Virus record (IMG/VR): IMGVR_UViG_3300020049_001346
Source: an uncultured virus (IMG/VR IMGVR_UViG_3300020049_001346)
Taxonomy: Duplodnaviria > Heunggongvirae > Uroviricota > Caudoviricetes
DNA: 20,000 nucleotides
Reading direction: 5' to 3' (one strand)
The notes beneath the pieces were generated by a model. That model ran no database searches. It saw only the letters and a program-made list of their open reading frames with translations, and had not been told where the DNA came from. A program made the translations under genes and the position numbers. How positions within the stretch are numbered: the first letter of the stretch is position 1; every line of letters begins with the position of its first letter. Positions 14,735 to 20,000 of this stretch are shown here, piece after piece.

Positions 14735-16299
14735 TGGGAAAGTATTCAGAAGAATTTAAAGCGTACATAGGGCTAGCACTAGCTATGGGTCACAACATTA
14801 CACACGCCACAAAGATGGCGTGCATTGAGTTCGGTATCCCTTACGAGGATCAGGTTCGCAGGACAATGTCTAAGCACCTAGAGAGAACTGGAGTAACCGA
14901 TAATAAAGAACTTCCAGAGTCGGACATGTTCCTAGAGGCCCAGAAGAGGGAGCTCGACAAGACCAAGCAGAGGTTCATAGTATCATGGTGCCAGTCTGAC
15001 ACAGAGATACACGAGCAGTTCCTTACAAACATAGAGGCGTACGCCAACGAGATAGATGCAGAGATATCCATCATAGCTGGTAGGTACAAGAACCCTACGT
15101 CACTGAACTCAAGCAAGAGGGTAAAGGAGAAGGAGGAGAGAAACTCGTGGTCGCCAAGGGTAGAGAGGTACCTAGACGCAAACAGGCACAAGGTACACAA
15201 GCACCTGTGTATCCTATCAGACCTTAAAATTCAGCCGACAGCATCAACTCCCCTTTCTGGGATTAACGGCCTCACAGGGCTTGAAAGTTGCGTCGTTGGA
15301 CACCCTAGGGTACACCTTAAGTCCCTGCCAATACTTGACGGTTATCCTCACAAGCTGTTGGTTACTACAGGAGCCATATCGCTACAGAACTACACAGACA
15401 CCAAGTCTGGTAAGAAGGGTGAGTTCCACCACACGCTAGGTTTTGTTATCATAGAGTTGGACGAGGATGACTTCCACATAAGACAGGTTACAGCTGACGA
15501 GGACGGGTCTTTCTATGACCTGCACTACAATGTAATAGCTGGATCCATACGTGAGACAAGCAAGACCGTTATGGTGTTTGGTGACCTCCACCTTGGTGAG
15601 ACAAACGACGATGTTCTTGATGTCTCGTTCAGGATGGCTGAGGACCTGAACTGTGAGGATATAGTACTACACGACGTGTTCAACGGGCACTCCATATCAC
15701 ACCACGAGCGTAACCAACCGTTCCAGGTTATGGCCAGGGAGGAGGACGGATCTGGTGACCTTATGCTGGAGCTAAACAACATGGCCGCGTTCTTTGACAG
15801 GTACTCAGACTTTAACTTTGTGATGGTCAGGAGCAACCACGACGAGTTCTTGGACAGGTGGCTAAACGACGTGGACTGGCGAAAGAGTACCAACAAGAGT
15901 ACCTACCTAGAGCTTGCACATGTGCTTAAGAATGACACCATTGGCAAGGGGATTATCCCTGCTATACTGAATAAGTTCGGTGTAATAAACGTGAACTGCC
16001 TAGGTATAAACGATAGCTTCAGGGTTGCTAACATAGAGTGTGGCGTACACGGACACATAGGAGCCAACGGCAGTCGTGGTGGTGTCATTCAGTTCAAGAA
16101 CTTGAACACCAAGAACATAACTGGTCACACTCATAGTCCTTGTCGTGAGGACGGCCACTCGTCTGTTGGAACCTTGACCCACCTAAGGGTTGGCTACAAC
16201 AAGGGTGCATCTAGCTGGATGAATACTAATGTGGTGATCTACCCTAACGGAAAGTCACAGCACGTACACATCATTAATAATAAATATACCACGTTATGA
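14734..16299 (+). CDS. large calcineurin-like metallophosphoesterase
   Basis: GDLHLG, LHDVFNG, SNHDEFL, GVHGH, TGHTHS motifs in C-terminal half. Confidence 0.85.
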   Translation: MGKYSEEFKAYIGLALAMGHNITHATKMACIEFGIPYEDQVRRTMSKHLERTGVTDNKELPESDMFLEAQKRELDKTKQRFIVSWCQSDTEIHEQFLTNIEAYANEIDAEISIIAGRYKNPTSLNSSKRVKEKEERNSWSPRVERYLDANRHKVHKHLCILSDLKIQPTASTPLSGINGLTGLESCVVGHPRVHLKSLPILDGYPHKLLVTTGAISLQNYTDTKSGKKGEFHHTLGFVIIELDEDDFHIRQVTADEDGSFYDLHYNVIAGSIRETSKTVMVFGDLHLGETNDDVLDVSFRMAEDLNCEDIVLHDVFNGHSISHHERNQPFQVMAREEDGSGDLMLELNNMAAFFDRYSDFNFVMVRSNHDEFLDRWLNDVDWRKSTNKSTYLELAHVLKNDTIGKGIIPAILNKFGVINVNCLGINDSFRVANIECGVHGHIGANGSRGGVIQFKNLNTKNITGHTHSPCREDGHSSVGTLTHLRVGYNKGASSWMNTNVVIYPNGKSQHVHIINNKYTTL

Positions 16300-16514
16300 T
16301 ACTATCAGTAATAGTTTTTTACATAATACCTGCAATACTATCCGTATTCATGATTCTTAATAAACAAAATCAAGCTACAATAGGAGATTTAATAATTATA
16401 ATTTTAGTTTCTCTTTTACCAATAGTTAATTTGTTTAGTGGATATGTAGGTGGATTGATAACCCTATGTAATTCAAAAAAAGTAAATAACTTTTTAAACA
16501 AAAGAATAAAATGA
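16296..16514 (+). CDS. small membrane protein
   Basis: Two hydrophobic segments; AT-rich. Confidence 0.7.
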   Translation: MILSVIVFYIIPAILSVFMILNKQNQATIGDLIIIILVSLLPIVNLFSGYVGGLITLCNSKKVNNFLNKRIK

Positions 16515-16708
16515 AGTACCTACTAGTTCTAATGGCATACGAGTTTATAAGGTCGAAGATGATTTGGCTTTGGTATTATTTAATCAAAAAAAGGACAAGG
16601 AGAATGAGAAATATATTTTTATTTATTTGTAAAATAGTATTTGGATTTTTAACTGGATTTGTATTAATGACTTTAATTTTTGAAATATTAAAACAAATAA
16701 GATTATGA
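16511..16708 (+). CDS. small membrane protein
   Basis: Hydrophobic halves; internal ATG may mark a second module. Confidence 0.6.
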   Translation: MKYLLVLMAYEFIRSKMIWLWYYLIKKRTRRMRNIFLFICKIVFGFLTGFVLMTLIFEILKQIRL

Positions 16709-16902
16709 ATATTCAAGACGAAGTGCAAAAAATCCATCATAAATATGGAACAAGCGAAATGGCAAATTATGAGATACAAAAGTTGTTTGATAAGCAACAA
16801 GAAAGAAGTTATAGTGAGGAAGAAGTTATGAATATAATTGACAGTTTTATAGATAATTTTGATTCAAGAAAAGAGTGGTTTAAACAATTTAAAAAGAAAT
16901 AA
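16705..16902 (+). CDS. small modular protein (QQERSYSEEEV...WFKQFKKK)
   Basis: Shares blocks with 3265 and 18643 ORFs. Confidence 0.8.
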   Translation: MNIQDEVQKIHHKYGTSEMANYEIQKLFDKQQERSYSEEEVMNIIDSFIDNFDSRKEWFKQFKKK

Positions 16903-16903
16903 G

Positions 16904-17185
16904 ATGAGAGAAAAAATAACACCAAAAGAATTTAGAAAAAAAACAATTAAAACTTTCCCAACTATATTTAGAACATGTGTTTTTTTAAGAATATCAAGTA
17001 TTGAAATTATTGACAGAGATATTTGGAAAAATAATCATGATTATGAATATAAAGTTCGTGAGATTAATTTATACAACCCTTTGAGTTATCTTGTATTACT
17101 ATTTCTTATACCTATTGGATTATTGATTGGTGGATTTAACAAAGAAACATTTAAAAGTATTAAACAACTATTTAAAAAGAAATAA
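16904..17185 (+). CDS. small membrane protein ending LFKKK
   Basis: ATG right after junction repeat; NPLSYLVLLFLIPIGLLIGG TM segment. Confidence 0.75.
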   Translation: MREKITPKEFRKKTIKTFPTIFRTCVFLRISSIEIIDRDIWKNNHDYEYKVREINLYNPLSYLVLLFLIPIGLLIGGFNKETFKSIKQLFKKK

Positions 17186-17186
17186 G

Positions 17187-17438
17187 ATGAAAAAAACAGC
17201 AGTAATGTTAATAAGAAATTGGGTAAGAACTAATGGAAATATGAGTGGTGATGGAAAATTTATAGCATATAGTTGTAAAAAACTTGAAAAAGTTATTGCC
17301 CAAGTAATAGAAATGGAAAAGAAACAGATAATCAATGCTTGTAACCAAACAGAGTTTGAAGATATTGATGGAATGGATATCCACGAAACAATAACAAGAG
17401 GAGAACAATATTACAACGAAACATTTTTAAACAAATAA
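17187..17438 (+). CDS. small modular protein (MKKTAV...EMEKKQI...EQYYNETF)
   Basis: ATG right after junction repeat; shared blocks. Confidence 0.8.
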   Translation: MKKTAVMLIRNWVRTNGNMSGDGKFIAYSCKKLEKVIAQVIEMEKKQIINACNQTEFEDIDGMDIHETITRGEQYYNETFLNK

Positions 17439-17439
17439 A

Positions 17440-17607
17440 ATGAAAAAAATAATATACAATATTTCAATTTTTAGGTTTTGGTTTAAATATATATTTTTAA
17501 AAACACCTATGGAAATTGATGTAATAGAATTTATTAAAAAAAATTACAATGCGACTAAAAGAGAACAAAATTTAATTAATAGAGTAAAAAAAATTAACAA
17601 CCTTTAA
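17440..17607 (+). CDS. hypothetical protein (55 aa)
   Basis: Read by hand; stop TAA lies inside the junction repeat. Confidence 0.65.
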   Translation: MKKIIYNISIFRFWFKYIFLKTPMEIDVIEFIKKNYNATKREQNLINRVKKINNL

Positions 17608-17618
17608 AAAGAAATAAT

Positions 17619-17750
17619 ATGAAAACAAAAAATAGTACACCTACTTCGGAGTTTGAAGAAAAAGATAAATGCCCCTCTTGTGGAAGTTATTGCAACATTC
17701 ATACTGATTTAGATGAAAATGATGAATGTAATGATTGTAGACTATGTTAG
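17619..17750 (+). CDS. small Cys-rich zinc-finger peptide (43 aa)
   Basis: Read by hand: CPSC...CNDC. Confidence 0.6.
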   Translation: MKTKNSTPTSEFEEKDKCPSCGSYCNIHTDLDENDECNDCRLC

Positions 17751-18106
17751 TAAAAGCTATTGCAAACGAAAACAATAGAGATGATTTTGCTATTGATTTT
17801 AAAATAGGAGAAGAAATAATTGGAGAATCTACAAGATATTCTCAAAATTATATTTGGTTGGATTTTTGGAATTATAATAAACAAAACCAAATAAAAGATT
17901 TTAAATATGATGATATTTTGTTTGTAAAAACAAAAGTAAAAATAGTAAAAGGCACAATAAAAAGATTACAATGTAATTATTGTGAAAATTATGATAAAGG
18001 TAATGGAACTTGCAAAAGTGAATATTGTCTTTACAAACAAGAAAAAGCAAGTGAACACGAAGATTATTCATTAGTTCAGGATTATTCTTGCGGAGGTTTA
18101 CAATAA
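17744..18106 (+). CDS. hypothetical protein with C-terminal Cys cluster
   Basis: CNYC...C...C...C. Confidence 0.7.
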   Translation: MLVKAIANENNRDDFAIDFKIGEEIIGESTRYSQNYIWLDFWNYNKQNQIKDFKYDDILFVKTKVKIVKGTIKRLQCNYCENYDKGNGTCKSEYCLYKQEKASEHEDYSLVQDYSCGGLQ

Positions 18107-18126
18107 ATTTAAAAAGAAATAAGATT

Positions 18127-18615
18127 ATGACAATTACAATTACTAACAAAGATGGTTCAAACCAAATTAGCAAATTCTCAGAAAATAAAATTAAACATAT
18201 TACCGAAACCAATCAATGGGGGTATGTTATTGAGGCTATTTTAAGAGGTCCAAACAAAGAAAATATGTATAGAGAAAAAGAAATAAACCCGATTGCAAGG
18301 TTAAGTGCTACAGATATTATGGAAGATTGTAAAGAAGAACAAATTACTTTAGAAAAAGGGGTACAAAAGGCGACATTAATTCAACAAACAATTATGTCAC
18401 TAGAAGAAATTAATAGTAGATTATATGGTATTAATAAACGTTTAGAAGATTTAACATTTAAAACTGGTCTATGTAGTGCTGAACCAGATTCTGGTGATAC
18501 ATGTGAATCTGGTGATGATACATATACAACAAGATTACTTAATAATTTAAATACTATTGATACTAGGTTAAATTTTATTACTGATAGGATAACTGATTTA
18601 GAAAAATTTATATAA
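18127..18615 (+). CDS. hypothetical coiled-coil protein
   Basis: ATG after junction repeat; heptad-like C-terminal half. Confidence 0.7.
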   Translation: MTITITNKDGSNQISKFSENKIKHITETNQWGYVIEAILRGPNKENMYREKEINPIARLSATDIMEDCKEEQITLEKGVQKATLIQQTIMSLEEINSRLYGINKRLEDLTFKTGLCSAEPDSGDTCESGDDTYTTRLLNNLNTIDTRLNFITDRITDLEKFI

Positions 18616-18642
18616 GTAATTATGAAAATATCAAATAAAATT

Positions 18643-18888
18643 ATGAAACAAACAGTAGTAGAATTTATATTTGAAGAATTAGAAAATAGACAAAACGGTT
18701 ATCCATATTTTACAATGGAACAAATTTATAATAAAGCTAAAGAAATGGAAAAGGAACAACAAGGTTATAGTCATGAAGAAGTTAAGAGCATTTTATTTGA
18801 ATGGTCAATGTATAAGGTAAGTACAATTATTGAACTTGTTGATGTTATGGATTATGAGAAATGGTTTGAACAATTTAAAAAGATATGA
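18643..18888 (+). CDS. small modular protein (MKQTVVEF...AKEMEKEQQGYSHEEV...WFEQFKK)
   Basis: Paralogue of 3265-3474; alternative start 18622. Confidence 0.8.
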   Translation: MKQTVVEFIFEELENRQNGYPYFTMEQIYNKAKEMEKEQQGYSHEEVKSILFEWSMYKVSTIIELVDVMDYEKWFEQFKKI

Positions 18889-19034
18889 AAGATTCAATTA
18901 AAAAGTGGTGGAATAGAAAATGGGGTAACTGGGAACACATACAAGATTTAACTTATAGTACAGGTGAACTAAGTGGAATTATCATAAAAAGAACATCAAA
19001 CGATGGATTAGTTCAATTTAAAAAAATAAAATGA
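18885..19034 (+). CDS. hypothetical protein (49 aa, ends VQFKKIK)
   Basis: Read by hand; ATGA-coupled at both ends. Confidence 0.65.
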   Translation: MKDSIKKWWNRKWGNWEHIQDLTYSTGELSGIIIKRTSNDGLVQFKKIK

Positions 19035-19273
19035 AAGCAAAGCTAGAGTTTAAATTACCAGAACAACAGATGGAGTTCTACAGGTCTATAAAGTCATTTG
19101 ATATGGCCTGTGCATTGTTTGATATACTACAACTTCGTAAGAAGGTAGAGAGACAGTGCGAGAACATAGCCTATAACACCGCTGACATATTTGACGGCAT
19201 CCAGTTTATGGCTAATGGAATTGGAGAGATACTTGAGGAACACGACATTAACATTGATAAACTGATAGAATGA
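19031..19273 (+). CDS. hypothetical phage protein (MKAKLEFKLPE...)
   Basis: 80-aa ORF. Confidence 0.75.
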   Translation: MKAKLEFKLPEQQMEFYRSIKSFDMACALFDILQLRKKVERQCENIAYNTADIFDGIQFMANGIGEILEEHDINIDKLIE

Positions 19274-19569
19274 AAAAATTATTAAGTAAGATCGGTAGGT
19301 TTCTTATAAAACAAAATGAAGAAGCCATAGAGGAAGAGTACTACATGCCAAAACTATTTGGAGAGAGTAAGTCGGTTGAATACGAAATTGATGGAATGAC
19401 AAAGTCCTTCTGTAAATTAACTCAGTGGGCAAATGGAGAGGGCTATGATGTAAGTTTCGAAAGTGAAGTCAGTAAAGGAAGGTGGGAGAATAAAAGAATT
19501 GAACTTCATACAGACGAACTAGAAACATTCTTTGCTTGTTTAAACCACTTTAAATACTTTGGAAAATGA
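19270..19569 (+). CDS. hypothetical protein
   Basis: 99-aa ORF, ATGA-coupled. Confidence 0.7.
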   Translation: MKKLLSKIGRFLIKQNEEAIEEEYYMPKLFGESKSVEYEIDGMTKSFCKLTQWANGEGYDVSFESEVSKGRWENKRIELHTDELETFFACLNHFKYFGK

Positions 19570-19937
19570 AACCAATTCACAAACTAAATGGAGGTAATGG
19601 AGCAACACTTTGTAATCGCTGTAGTAAGATTATAGCCACTGGATTTACTGATGATCTATACTGTAGCCAAGAGTACAAACTAGTAAGAGAAGGAGACGGA
19701 CTGACAAAACAGTCTCAGGATGTTATGTGGCTAGAGTTTGATGAGAACGGTAAGTTCAAAGCAAAGCACAAGGACATAGCTGTAGGAAGAAGCCTACTGA
19801 TGTCTCCATTCAGTCAGTTCTTTACCTGGCAGACGACAGACATAAAAGAGATTATAGAACAAAGAGAAGATTATATTAAATTCAAAACAACAAACTCAAT
19901 ATACGAATTATATGAAAAAGCAGATATTTGTAGATGA
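19566..19937 (+). CDS. hypothetical protein with N-terminal CxxC module
   Basis: KLNGGNGATLCNRC N-terminus plus beta-rich C-terminal domain. Confidence 0.7.
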   Translation: MKPIHKLNGGNGATLCNRCSKIIATGFTDDLYCSQEYKLVREGDGLTKQSQDVMWLEFDENGKFKAKHKDIAVGRSLLMSPFSQFFTWQTTDIKEIIEQREDYIKFKTTNSIYELYEKADICR

Positions 19938-20000
19938 TAACTACGACTACGACTACGAGGTAGTAAACGACAACGTGCACACGCTAAGCAGGAGCTACGC
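19912..20000 (+). CDS. 5' end of hypothetical protein (partial)
   Basis: MKKQIFVDDNYDYDYEVV... open to the window end. Confidence 0.55.
   Translation, partial: MKKQIFVDDNYDYDYEVVNDNVHTLSRSY

Larger units (their letters stand above)
16888..18122 (+). repeat. dispersed 15-bp junction repeat TTTAAAAAGAAATAA (4 exact copies)
   Basis: Copies at 16888, 17171, 17603 and 18108, each 1-4 nt before an ATG. Confidence 0.85.

Noticed and set aside
16888..18122. Junction repeat as a CRISPR or TIGR-like array
   Set aside because: Spacing is irregular (about 280-500 bp), spacers are whole genes, and no cas or Nop-domain gene is present.
984..18212. All minus-strand ORFs in the track (e.g. 2849-3436, 3464-3826, 15525-15896)
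   Set aside because: They are shadows of tightly tiled + strand genes or RNA elements, with no recognisable motifs.
3265..18888. Paralogous blocks as a diversity-generating retroelement TR/VR pair
   Set aside because: No reverse transcriptase in the window; differences are mostly synonymous, not adenine-specific, and matches are short.
19940..19957. (ACTACG)x3 tandem repeat
   Set aside because: Simply encodes NYDYDY in the last ORF; too short to be meaningful.
1..20000. Stop-codon recoding suggested by the possible TTA anticodon
   Set aside because: Long genes are uninterrupted in code 11, and TAA, TAG and TGA all end genes at sensible coupled junctions.

Overview
This window looks like the early/replication arm of a tailed dsDNA phage, most likely infecting Bacteroidota (Flavobacteria-like). 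The host call rests on four TAnnTTTG promoter boxes, a YfhL-type ferredoxin and a BT4734-type primase. About 50 tightly packed genes all lie on the + strand. The backbone (about 47% GC in a spot count, favouring GAG/AAG/GAC codons) carries a Sak-like annealing protein, a PD-(D/E)XK exonuclease, SSB, primase-SF3 helicase, SF2 helicase, VRR-NUC nuclease, 2OG-Fe(II) oxygenase and a metallophosphoesterase. Very AT-rich islands (13-18% GC in spot counts) interrupt it. They hold two free-standing zinc-finger HNH-type nucleases with their own promoters, and arrays of tiny ORFs built from shared sequence blocks and joined by a repeated 15-mer (TTTAAAAAGAAATAA). The non-coding DNA is rich in RNA structure: a complete type I hammerhead ribozyme (123-175), two tRNA-like elements with intact acceptor/D/T arms but aberrant anticodon arms (3172-3243, 6623-6694), a kissing-loop terminator leader before the first HNH gene (4576-4669), a structured switch-like element with a nut-like site (3067-3166), and a hairpin cluster before the primase. 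All protein family calls come from motif recognition by eye; no database search was run.
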